From positions 62,001 to 126,000 of the forward strand of contig ADNK01000874.1 in assembly GCA_000320545.1 (NCBI GenBank): a stretch of 64,000 nucleotides of DNA, written 5' to 3'. Under the pieces are notes generated by a model, which had not been told where the DNA came from, searched no databases, and saw only the letters and a list, made by a program, of their open reading frames with translations. Shown here one piece after another: positions 1 through 12,263 of this stretch (within the stretch, counting starts at the first letter, position 1; the number at the start of each line of letters is the position of its first letter). A program made the position numbers and the translations under genes. This stretch comes from Bigelowiella natans CCMP2755 (lineage: Eukaryota; Protista; Cercozoa).

Positions 1-20
1 TTCTGATGATTTGAATATTA

Positions 21-3000
21 TTACCTTGTGGCCTTTTCAACTTCAAGGGTCTTCAGGGTCATAAACAGAGTCCATGCAAATACTGTAGTTGTCATGAAAC
101 TCTTCCTTCTAATGCTACTCTCCTCCTCCTCCTCTTTTGTGTCATCTTGCTCTCTACATCTTCCTTTTGTCTCCGAATTCCATGCAGTTCTGTCCCCTCT
201 CTTTCTCCCTCTCTCCATTTGTTTTCTATTTTCATAGCAATTTTTTATCTGAACCCTATTCAATTCATTTATTGCTTCCATAAGGCGATGGCTTTGACGA
301 ATGGAAGTTGGAAGCACCTGCATCAATGCATTTTGAGATTTAGAGGAGGCGGGGGTGTGATGATGATGATGATGATGATGATGATGAGAAAGGAGGGCTT
401 GCTCTCCAATTGTTAGATAGTATAATAATGAGGGTGGGTGATGAAACAGTGACACTTTTTATACCTGTTGATAAAGTGCATGTCCCAATAATTTGCTGCT
501 GTCATCATCTTGAGCTACAGAGGCATTATTTTTTAAGTTACTTAACCTTCGGCTCGCCATGACCTGTGGTAATGATGGTAATGATGGTGGAGAAGGGGAA
601 CTCGACGACGAGGAAGAAGATAAAACCACATGATTGGAGTATATGTCCCACAGATTTATCCAGGCCTTCTTTAGATCTTCTTCGTACTTAAGATAGTGAT
701 AATAGTGGTAGCAATGGTACTTCTTGTTGGGGGAGCTACTTCTGCTGTCACACCTCGAATGATGATAAAAATTATCACCACCACCACCACCACCACCACC
801 ACCACCACTATCCCTTCTGTAATCGTTGAGAACATTGATGGGTAAAAGCAGTGAATCTGTAATCATTTCAGTCCATGCTTGAATGAGACTTGATCCTAGT
901 GCTAATGCCGCTACTACTCTGGATGATGATGATGATGATGACGATGGTTCCTGGCGCTCATAGAAATATTTCTCTCTCACTCCCTTATCTTCCTCCCCTT
1001 TACAATCACCTTCCTTATCACAATGATCTTCACCATCCTGTTTCCTTGTCACAATTGATGCTCTATTTCGTCGTTCTGGCCTCTGCTTCCTCTTGCGGTT
1101 GTTGCTGTTATTATTTGCATTCGCCATCTTCATTATCCTTACTGCAATATCCTTGATGTGGGGTCCTATCAGGGTCAAAACCTTCCATAATACAGCTGTA
1201 GATTGCTTCTGTCGCGTTTGTATCGTACACTTTGACTGAGTAGTTGTTGCTGTAGTTGTTGTTAGCTGTTCGCCTTCCTTCTCAACTCCTCCATGACCAA
1301 CACAATTTGTTACTACATCATCATTCTTGTCACCATTCCTATTGCTTCTATCGCCCTTTTGCGCGTTCTCGCTGCTATTGGTGCTGCTGTATTTTGCTGA
1401 ATACAATTCATCTATTCTTTCAACAGCTGTAAGATAAGTGTCACGGCTGTCAGCTTCACCTCCGCTGCTCTTGTTTGTTGTTTCTGCTGTACACTTACCT
1501 TTCAGGGATTTATGTCGATGTGATAGTAACCGTGGGTTCGTCACGACAGCCTCTCTTGTTGTTTTCATAAGTTGGATGCAGAAACCCTGAAACTCAGGAT
1601 CGTCTCTTAGTAGTACGTAACACTTTCGTCGTCCATCACCATCATCTTCATCATTATTATCTTCCTTCAAGAACTTCAAAACCCATTCGAATATTTCAAC
1701 ACTGTGTGTAAACATGTACGACGCAGCACTTGCCCTGTTGGATGACGACAAAGGTGAAGGTAGGACAGGGTTGCCCTTTTCCTTGCGTGCTGAATCATCT
1801 TCACTCTCGCCGATGACTTGCTCGCCGTCTCTTATTTCGTCCTCTTGTTCTCTCGTTTCATTCTTGTCAGTCATCAACCTCATCTTCCTCCCCTTCCCAT
1901 TTTCATCCAATGAATCACCGTGACACCATTGCAAAATTTGATCTACATCAGTGAATTCCTGCCTATTGCCATCGTTGGCATTATCAGATTTTTTATCAAA
2001 GTGGGTGTAAGATGAAGATTCTTTCTCTCTATTCCCACAGCCTATGATGCTTGCAGCCTTGATTTTCTCGCCTGTATTAATTGCAGCATCACAAGATACG
2101 GAGGTTATTCAAACATTCAAACAACTTCGTTTTTACAAGCGGAATTGAATATATTTTTACCTTTCATGGTTGACGCAGCTACACTTAAAATTCGCGTGAG
2201 ATGAGTAAAAAATACGGATCGAATTGATCTGAATACTGATGACTTGAGAGATACTCCTTCACGTTCACCACTAAATTGTTTTGCCTGCCAAAAATTTATC
2301 AGTTATGATGGATGGATGATAAAAAGTAAGTTATTATATATTTCTAATGATGAGAATGTTAAACCACTACCTTCATCTTATCTCTCCTCTTTGGATTCTT
2401 TCTACTAGTCAGTCTTGCAAATACTGTCTTCATCATTTCCAATATAAGTATAGCAAACAATTTTTGTGAAGACCAAAGATATTCCTCACACCATACAGCA
2501 ATTTGAGTCCAGACTTTGAATGCATCCGAATATATCCGAGGTCTATACTCCGAGCTTATGACGTGCGTTAAAGGACGCGAAAATACTTTGATGTACTTTT
2601 CCCTCACAAAGTAGTCAATGTTTCCGCGAAAGTTGAAACAAAGTGCAAGCCATGAGCTGAGAAGGAGACTTCCAAGTTTCTTATTACCTGCGCCAATGCC
2701 CTTACCAATTACTTTTACAAAGAAATTGCAAGCGTCAATCCTCCTCCTACTACCGCCCTTTTTTTTCTTAAGTTGTTGCTGCTTGAGTAGTAACTTCTTC
2801 TTACGCTTTTCCGAGTTTTTCGAGAAAAAGTCTAAATGTTGATATTCTCTAAGCTCAATATGTGATCGTATCTCGTTTCCCATTAGAATTATAAGCCATG
2901 TCATTGCTCGAACCGCATCTGGTTTGGTCGTGTCCTTCGAAAGCATTAAGCACAACCGTTCCAGTGATTTCTTAAATACCTGAAATGCACCTTGATTCAA

Positions 3001-3831
3001 CTCCGCGCATCTAGCTTTAGCTGGAGATAATTTCGTCAATATACTGTAAGCTTCTGCTCTGATATTTGGCGCCGAGTGCAGGAGCATCGACAACACAATA
3101 GGAGCCCACTCGCTTGCGGCATCAAGGGTCGGAGACGGAAGGTTTTCTATGCACCTCCTCAACGTTCTTAAACAAGCTAAAACAGAGACGGCAGGTTCAT
3201 CGAAACGAAGTTCAGCACTATCCCATTTTGTGGAAGATTTCTCGCTAGCGTTTTGCTGATCTAAAAATCCAATGAAGTATCTTCGAAATCCTTTGAGCAC
3301 AGCGCGAAATATGAACGAAGGTCGATCATCATCTTCCATTGATCGAAGAAGATCCTTGTTGTCCCAGAGAGAGTTTGCTTCGGCTATACAATGCATCTGA
3401 CTTACAATTACATCTCTATTTTTTGTATGCTCTAGGGCCAGGCAAAGGCGTCTCATCGCCGCTCTAATATCAAATCCAAAGCGTTGAAACCTTTCATCGA
3501 AAAGTAACTGTACGAGAAACTTAAATGCTCGTCTAGTTGAGTCAGAATCATTCCCTTCCTCACTGAGATTCCCAGAGGGTCGATCGATCTTCGTAAGGAC
3601 CATTTGGAAAAACTTTGGCATTATATTAATTGCCTCCGTCTTCCGAGCAGGGTCCATACTTTCGATCCGATCTAGCAAAGTCATGAGCCGATTGGTGCTC
3701 ATCAATGGACTGGTGAGGAAGGGATCCTCCAACCCACCCTGATCCACAAGCTTTCCCAAAAGCTGGAGGACCTTGCCATCGTCCAAGGCACCTTCGTCCC
3801 CGTGCTTCGTGGGGTTCATTTCATTTGGCAA
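21..3831 (-). CDS. RIF1: Rif1-like protein (N-terminal HEAT/Rif1_N region plus low-complexity C-terminal part); multi-exon, 3' end runs off the window start
   Basis: Exon 2359-3831 contains '...WAPIVLSMLLHSAPNIRAEA...AMTWLIILMG...CNFFVKVIGKGI...LLSSWLALCFNF...KYIKVFSRPL...FKVW'. This parallels the Rif1_N pattern as I recall it (W..fvkLLG / IN.ll.l.e.gF / AfiaWksLidNF / lkllmqPL / evW). Further exons at about 2161-2285, 463-2071 and 26-280. A possible short first exon (MLRIVPATQSLTIYRY) lies at about 3972-4020. Family call is from motif recognition, not a search. Confidence 0.6.
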
Positions 3832-4316
3832 GGGCTTCCCCGATGCCAGCGGGTCGAACCTTTCTGCTTTTACAAAAGCGACAACAAAAACGAGGACGTT
3901 TTTCGTTCAGATAAGGGAACGACAACAAATAATAGCCATATTCGGGAAGAATCCAGATCTAATGTTTTTACCATACCGATAAATAGTAAGACTCTGCGTC
4001 GCTGGAACAATTCGTAACATGATTCTGGGAGATAAAAGATTGACGACTTTCTTCTTCTTCTTGCCGATATAGTTTCCCGCCAACAAGCCATATCTTTGGT
4101 GTTTTCCAATGTTTATGAATGACGCGGGCAAAGAACAGGCTGCATCGAGGTGCTGACTGCAACATAACTCGAGATAACTCATTCGAAAGGTAGAACAGAC
4201 GGCTTGTGAAGTAATGGCGCCGTACAGTATTAGACGTTGTTCACACATGGAACGCATACTTAAGTGTATGTGTGCGTTTGCACGTCTGAATTTGTATACA
4301 TTAGGCCTGGTCTATC

Positions 4317-4851
4317 ATGCCGAGAATATCGTTGCTAAGACACCCAAGCCAGAATGGGGAATGGGTTCTTTTTGAACTCCAAGGCAATCTCATTGTGAAG
4401 AAAGGGCATGAATTCCAAGGCAACGATCTTGGAGAACTTACGATAAGCGATGTATGTAGGACATAACCTTACCATAAGTTTTGTCATCTCCTCTTTTTTC
4501 TACTGATTCCAAATTTCATTATTGTAGGGGAAACCCCACATCAAAATAGGAAATTATTTGCTTCAAGGGAAGGTGGTAAAGCTTCCAAAGCCTATGATCG
4601 TGGTACTACATTTGCCTTCAACTGATGTAATATTGGAGGGATCGTATCTTATAATTATTTTTTTGAACAGCTAAATCGGCTCAACAAGGCGCCGAATAGA
4701 AATGAAATTGATATAGTTGCAACAATCCGAGAAAAATATATCTTTTCAAAGAGGTAGATAAACATATCTCACGATTTGCTACAACGAAGAATGCATTGTA
4801 ACTTCTTCTTTTACACTCAGGCCCACATTTGTCTTGGGGGGGGGAACATAG
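4317..4851 (+). CDS. CTF8: Chromosome transmission fidelity protein 8 (Ctf18-RFC subunit), 4 exons; absent from the ORF track
   Basis: Spliced at GT-AG: MPRISLLRHPSQNGEWVLFELQGNL...GNDLGELTISD | GKPHIKIGNYLLQGKVVKLPKPMIV | LNRL...IDIVATIREKYIFSKR | PTFVLGGGT*. Contains the Ctf8 hallmarks EWxLxELQG, IGxxxLxGKxxKLxKP and IRxKxIFxxRP. Confidence 0.92.
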
Positions 4852-5687
4852 CAGGAATATCACGCGCGATTAAACCGTGACCCGTTAAAGAGTCTGAATT
4901 TTGCGCCTACAGTTAAGTCGCGATGCACGACCATGCAAGCGGCATTACAAAGTGGGCATATAAGAGTCCGTAGCTCATTGTAGCTCTATAATTAACAATT
5001 TAAGAAATTAAAGTGAATCACATGATGTAAATTTCAAAATGGACATTTCTAAGCTAACTAACACAAGCTAAGCGCGCTTATGTGCTACTATTCAATCTGT
5101 TAAATTCTATGCGGGGCAACCTCAGGCTCCTACAACCAGAAGTTTATGTCGTCTCTTGCAGTGTGCGAAATACTTATATGCCACCAAGGCAGTATCTAAA
5201 GTACAGGATACATGTGTACCCTCATCCGTCATTACTGGACTACGACGTACTTGTTCTCTAGCTAGCTCTACATCTAAACATCTAGCGCATACATACTGCT
5301 AGACTGCGAGCATTACAGACTGCAGCATATGCATGAACGTGCTTGCTTTCTTTGAGCGCAGCGATGGCTATGCTAGAATGGTGTGCGTTAATAATAACTA
5401 AACGATTCGGCGATGTTGAGAGGCGGTAACAGCTGTGCAGTAATTACGTGGCTTTAGATTCAGCATAGCTGACTTGACAAATAAGCCTGCGCGGAGTACG
5501 TATGTAGCCTAATGCTATAGATACGTAGCTAGTAGCTAGGTAGCATATAGACTAGTAGAGCATGCATGTACTGCAGGCAAATATTAAAAAATCTTAGAAT
5601 GGGGGCGGTAACAACAGGCTGCATTAGTGTAGACTAACATTGTAATCATCATACGTGCTAGCGTGTATTGTGAAGAGGCCGGCATGA

Positions 5688-7134
5688 CTAGCTCATTCCA
5701 CGACGACCACCACGACGACCCTTACCACCTTTTCGTCGATGATGTTTCCCACGGCTTCCGTTTTTTTGGTTATTCCCTTCGTCCTTTCCCCCTCCTCCTC
5801 TACCACTACCACCTCGCCCTCCTCGTCCACGGTTACGGTGTCCCCGGATTCCTTTTCCATGCTTGTTGTCATTCTGGAGAGTATGACTGCCCTCGGGTTG
5901 GATAGCTACACGGTGTTGAGTAAACTTTCTGCGAGTATTTTCAGAAACTTTAAGCACCACATGCACCTGGTCCAACGACAGTAGGGTCATATCATTGAAA
6001 TTTTAAGACATATGGAAGATGCGACGAAACGGTGCAGTCTAGAAGGATAACCGTGATCCTAAGCAAATTATTTTGCTGAAAACGCATTACCTCGTTGGTG
6101 TGAGGAGATGATGGCCAAAACTCCACCCTCAGCTTTCCTTCCTTGTAGTTGTTCAGCTGTCACAGAGAGATATCGTATTCAGAAACTATGTCGAGTATTG
6201 AAATCATAGCATGCGTGAGTTGAGAAAAGTAAAAGTAAAAGTTTCTTCCTTATCTTGTCAGCTACATGCTTAATTACTTCGCCTAATCTCGATTTCAAAA
6301 TGCTTTGATTGACACTCGGACTTGCATCCCTAGATACACAGAATTCGTTCGTTAGAAATTTATCCTATGGCCATTCTCAAAATTTAGCGAGGAACCATTT
6401 GTTGATGTAAAGCCAGCTTTTCCCCTTGTGACTAATAGTTTTTCATCACTGATTCAGCTAGTTCATAAATGGTGAGGACCTTCAAGGACACATAGTATTA
6501 GGTAGTATAGAGATCAGTGCTTACTACAACCCTCTTCCAGATTCGTATGCTGCATTAATTAACGCCATGATGCCATCTGGTCCAATCTTTTAGAGAAACA
6601 ATGCACATCTCAATTTATATATGAATGTGTTACGTTTCTGGCGTTACTACTTTGTTGTTATGAGAGATGTGGACTTCTCTCAGCGAATCATGTGCTCTGA
6701 TAAGTTCTGCAATGCTTTTTGCACCTTAAAGAGGGAGGTTATAAGAATAGTCAGCGATCGCCATGCTTTTTTCCTTTATCCATGAATCTAACGAGCTGCC
6801 TCAATATGCCCTCCTCCTTCTCCTCCTCTTCCTCCTCCCTCCTTCCCTTCATACCTCATACCACTACAATACTACTACACTCGTATTCCTATCTTCCCAT
6901 CAATTGACCGAAACCATATGAGTCTGAATTTTCCATTTATTTTGTCTGCCTCTTTGTTCTATCTCGCCCTTATGCGTGGACATGATGAAAGCTGAATCTT
7001 GGTAGCCTACTACACCTTTGTCGTCCAGTCCGCAATGATGCACCCACAAAGCGCCCACCTGTGCCTAGATGATTGACAGAGCATTATATCTTTGCTTGTC
7101 AGTACCATTGTACGCGTTTGTGTATGTGAATGAT

Positions 7135-7214
<80 letters not shown>

Positions 7215-7945
7215 GCTGTACGAACTACCTTCTTGGAATCCACTTTTTCAAGAATACTTGCAACAAGTCTTCTCAATACAGGACTCAAGAAACGAGTCCG
7301 AAACAAAAGAGAATGATTAAATGTTATACCAACTTCGATATCTGCATGGTGAAGCTGTAATATTTCGTCTAAAGTGCTACCTGCTCATGTTCGTGCGTTC
7401 CAGGTGAAGCTTAAAGAGATTTGGACTACTTTTACCATGAGCCGTATTTGTTATTGGGGTCTGCAAGCAGGCAAGGCAGTAACAGAGACTCTCCGTGACA
7501 ATATGTCTATTAATCATCACCCACCATTTGATATATAAATCAGTGCTTAGTGCAATTACAGCGGAGCTATGAACCATTACTTGCTGCATAGTGTGAACGA
7601 TTTCAGGTATACAAGCGTTGGTTACGCGCGTTGATGCAAGATCTATCCTGAACGGGTCTCTAAGTAGTAATAGTCATAATTACACTTATCTTTAATGATC
7701 AGAAAAGAAATTGTACAATAAAATTTTGTTTGGTGGTAAGAAGTAAATAAATAAAAGCATCTTGTCAATGAAAGAAAGGCGATCGTCATCTGAAAATAGC
7801 AGTAGCAGCAAGTACGGCTGTATTGAAGTGAGAGGTATGCACGTCACTCCCGTCTTCTCAAGTTCCTCGGATAAACAACAAGACAATTGGGATTTAGAAG
7901 CAAGAAACAAATGATGATTCTCTAACTTCATACACACACACACAT

Positions 7946-8001
<56 letters not shown>

Positions 8002-10076
8002 TCATATTTTCATTCAACTCTACTTTCCTATATCCTTCGCTCATTGTGCCTGAGTTAGATTGGGGAAAATGAGAAAACGAGGGTAATCATTTTAGATGAG
8101 GTTGTAGGTGAACCACCTCGTCTAGAAGCTACGAAAAGACGAATATGAGGCCTCAGTCTACACACAAGATCCTGATAATGATAATGAGGGTAGTACGATA
8201 GATAGGCCATCCGTGAATACACGCACACACGCACACAAAACCATGATAACACAACATGTATTCACCTTTATCATATGCGATGTGTGTCATAAAAAGAAGA
8301 TGGTGTTTTATGGATGCATGTGGACAGTAGTGTCGAAAGTAGTAAGTCGACATGGTTAGTTGCTGCGTTCTTCATACCAGAACAGGCTTGAAATCCACAT
8401 CACTAGCAAAAAGAAAGATGCCTATGACGAATGAAGCATATATTCTTAAAAAATTCTCCTTTTTTGTTATGCTGTAATCAACTTCCTCTTCCTCCTCCTC
8501 CTCCTCCTCCCCCTCCTCCTCCTCCTCCTCCTCGTGTCCCCCTATACTCACACATGCACACCTCCACCATCCCCATTATCACCTTGGAGGACATCATTGG
8601 ATGCTGACACTTCACGTCCGATGCCGTCACTACTTGAAGGACTGCTACAACGAGGACGATCTTGCTGCCGAAGAGTTCCAGATTCACCACATTGAGTATC
8701 CACGTTACCCTCCTGATCCTCATCCTTATCACCATCATCATTATCATCATCATCATCATCATCATCATTATCATCATCATTCCCCCTGGCAGGAAGTGTA
8801 GGTGAAGGCGTAGATGGCTGAGCAGCAGGGTCCCATGTTTGAAGAAGTCCTGATAGTTCCAGGATCTTCATACCGAGAGCCATGTCAACCTAAACGATGC
8901 CATCCGTCACATGAGATGATAATGATGATGATGCTGCTGCTGATGATGATGATGATGATGATGACAATGATAGTACATCATCCATGCCCACCTGCTTTTG
9001 GATTTGTACTACTGTCTTTGCAGAACATGTCTCGCACTTTGACAAAGACTCTCTGCAATCGTAATAATTCATTCCCAAAGGAAAAATTTTCAAACTAGGG
9101 CAATATCGTATCAGTGATGGTCATCACAATTCATCATCATCGTCATCATCATCATCATTATTCTAGCATCCATTCGTTCTGAAGAATAAAAATGCGACTA
9201 AATACCTGATTGGAAAGGTAACCAGTTTTACGTTCTGAGAGCGTAATCTTTGGTATTCCAAGTGTCTCTAAACGAGTTACAGATAATTTCACACTTTCAT
9301 GGAAGCAGATTTTCAGCATCTACACTACCTTCTTAATCTTATATGCGGAGGACTTCGTGCCGCTTATGGATTTTGTTTGCTGTCCGTCAAAAGCCCATAC
9401 TCTCCCTGTTGGCAAGAGGAGAGATGGGACAAGGAGGCCAACATACAGTCATTAGTTCCAAAAGTAGGGGAAGATTGTGCAACTACTCTCTTATCTTTAT
9501 GGTAAAAACAACTTTCTCTCTCCTCCACCTGCATATGAAACATTGACTGGTGTAGTATTGGGTTCGCCCCTCCTCATCCACGCCTTTTCTATACATCCGG
9601 AAATCCTATAAGTAATTGAAGGGAAATGTTCGTGATGTGAATTACAATCGTATAGCATCTTTTACTTGCTCACTTCGTACCGTGACAATAATCCTTGCAT
9701 ATCGGTGAACCAGCTGGAAATATATGCATGTAGCATAAGGATAAATAAAACGTTCTATTCGTGCCACTTGTCGAGATTTCGTGTTTGATTAACATAATTT
9801 CACATAGGATTGGAAAGAAATATGTCAGAATGTTAATCTTTACTTCGAATAATCGAGTTGGCGGCATGCGAGCCTTAGATTTTCAAGATCCAGAACCACA
9901 GCAATTTGATAAGTCCTTGCTGTTGTAGTTGCTGTTGTTGCTGTCTTGAGATCACTGACAACGCAAGTTTTATCTGAAGCAAGTTGTTTGGCATCCTGGT
10001 CAGCATCCTGTCCATCGCCCAAGTGCATTCTTTCCAGTTGATGAAGCAAAGATTCTTCTCCATTCTTTGAGGTCAT
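5688..10076 (-). CDS. NYN (LabA/DUF88-type PIN-like nuclease) domain + leucine-rich repeats + RGG-rich tail; many small exons
   Basis: Spliced NYN motifs: IAVVLDLENL (~9880-9910), GRVWAFD (~9400), LRSQNVKLVTFP (~9220), CETC...QKQ|VDMALGMKI (~9040-8860) and IFLFASDVDFKPVL (~8377-8420). LRR-like exons: FRIDLASTRVTNACI (~7630), LFKLHLERTNMS (~7400), LREVHISHN | IGPDGIMALINA (~6680-6560). C-terminal RGRGGRGG tail ends at the stop at 5688. Confidence 0.6.
7137..7210. repeat. Compound microsatellite (TG)n(AG)n, intronic
   Basis: Seen directly in the sequence. Confidence 0.95.
7931..7999. repeat. Compound microsatellite (CA)n(TA)n, intronic
   Basis: Seen directly in the sequence. Confidence 0.95.
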
Positions 10077-10973
10077 AGCTTCGAAGTTTATGGTGGGACA
10101 ATACTACTGCAAGATGAGATACGCCTAGGCTGCACACGGCTATTCACCACGTTCGTATATGAGAACTTATATGGCGAAAATGACTTCACTGAAATCTCAT
10201 CAGCAGGCATTGATGTACATCAGCACAATTAAGGACCCCACCATTTAGCCTGTTGTTAATTTGAGCAATTTGAATCGTAACCCCACATTACTAATAAAGA
10301 CGTGGAAATTACCTTGTCGTCGTCATATTTTCTTATGTATTGGGTCCAGTGAAATTTCAGTAGTAATGGATGACGATGAGAATAAACGACGTTAAAATCT
10401 GTCAACAAGTGATGGTGAAACCTCCGTCGTCTCCTACATATACCTGAAGGATGGGCGTTTCTCAGGATTTTGGCAATGAAACGCTTGTCGGAGTCAGGAT
10501 TGCCAATAGATTCATTTTTTCCCAAGTCTTTACCCAATGTACTTAGGATAGGCGACTAGAAAGATTACATGTAAAATTCGAAGGCGACATCCCATTAACG
10601 CAATATAAGTATAAAATCTACCTGTATTTGTTACACTACTAACAAAACACGATTGCTATTTTAGGTCTGAAGAGTTTTAGATAAATAGCTGTTCGAGGGT
10701 TGCTACAATCGCTTGTACAGGTGCTCTTTCTGTACCATGACTTCGCTACGTTTCAGGGGCGACGGTTGAGGGGGGGATGGTGTTTTTTTATATTTTATTC
10801 CATGCAAATCATAATAACATAATTTCTGCCCATGCTTCATGACCTAAGAAATCAGGAAAAATCCGATTTTGATTCGTGCAATACGTCTGAATTCTAAACA
10901 ACGAACTTCAAACGTATAAGGAAAAAACTTCCTGAGGGAAATGAGTCAGCAAGGTATATGAATAACCATTCTC

Positions 10974-12231
10974 ATGGATGCGAACAAACATGGAAAATCG
11001 GTTCTGTCCTCCACGGTAGGTGCAGTGAAAGGACGGAGAAAAGCTCCACCTCCACCGAAATGTAAGTTTTCGACCTTGAAAGTAAATATGGAAATCTTCT
11101 TTTGGTCTAAAAAATTCTCTAAATTCTCTTTAGCTCCAACATTTCCTCCAAAAGAGGATGATGGAAACCTTCCCACGTCCGAGGGTCTTCCCTACGGATG
11201 GACAGGACCAGAAAAGGATACGAAGTAATGATTAACTTACAGCTTGGCATGGAAATCATAACGATTCAAAACCAATGTTTGTTAACATCTTCTAGAACTG
11301 GACGAGGTTACTACCGTGATCACAAAACCGGTAAGAGTCAATGGCGTCCCCCCACGGCGACAAGCATGGCTCGTCACTCGTTCCCCGAATCAAGTCGCCT
11401 TAACGAATCAATGGTTAATGCAACCACGGGAAAGACGCATCGGTAGTGTTTTCATGCTAGGAGCTAATAAGATAACTCTAATTCTCCTAATTCTTATACG
11501 CACCTCTTTCTTCTTCATAGGGGTACCGCGTCGGCGACTATATCCTCTACAACGGGCGATGTTGGCATAGATACTGAAGCAGCCCTTAAATTGAGTGGTA
11601 TTCTGAGTAGTAGAACCACCAACTCTACTATCTTGCACACAAGGTATCTGAATGATGTTGGGGGGTATATGTTTGAACATTCAGGGGCCAGTACTACCTC
11701 AAGGATTGATGCTACATTGGAGGAAGGTACTTTTGGTATATCATGATTCCGATGAGTATCGATGATGAAGGAACTACGTGTAATTATAATGTCGATGCAG
11801 CCGAGCTTCCTGTGCCTCCTCCCTGTCCAGCTTTAGCCCTTCCAGTATCTACCAGCAATCAGAAACATGTTTACGTATGCGTCGTCAAACCTGGTTTAGG
11901 GTTCAGAAGGTGGCAATAATATTCGATGCAGCAAAGTCATTATATGTTATTTCTAACATCGTATTTTATGCTTTGATAGCGAACCAAAATGGGAGTCAAA
12001 GGTTGAGGGCAAGGGTATCCTCGAGGGAGAAAAGGTGCTGCTTCCGCTGCTACTACTACTCCTACTACTTTATGTTAACAAGAAGAACTAGGCGTCGTCA
12101 GCAACTGGATAGCAGTTTAATACAATTATTTTATTACATCCAGGTTGAAGGAGTTGAAAAAAAATCAGGATGGATTTATGTCCCTTCCACGGTACTACTA
12201 CTCCTAGTAATGATGAATATTGATGCTAATG

Positions 12232-12263
<32 letters not shown>

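Noticed and set aside
7010-7360. ORFs with THTH/SLSL/CVCV/ERER runs (also at about 27.4, 35.8, 37.8 and 50.9 kb)
   Set aside because: Translations of intronic dinucleotide microsatellites.
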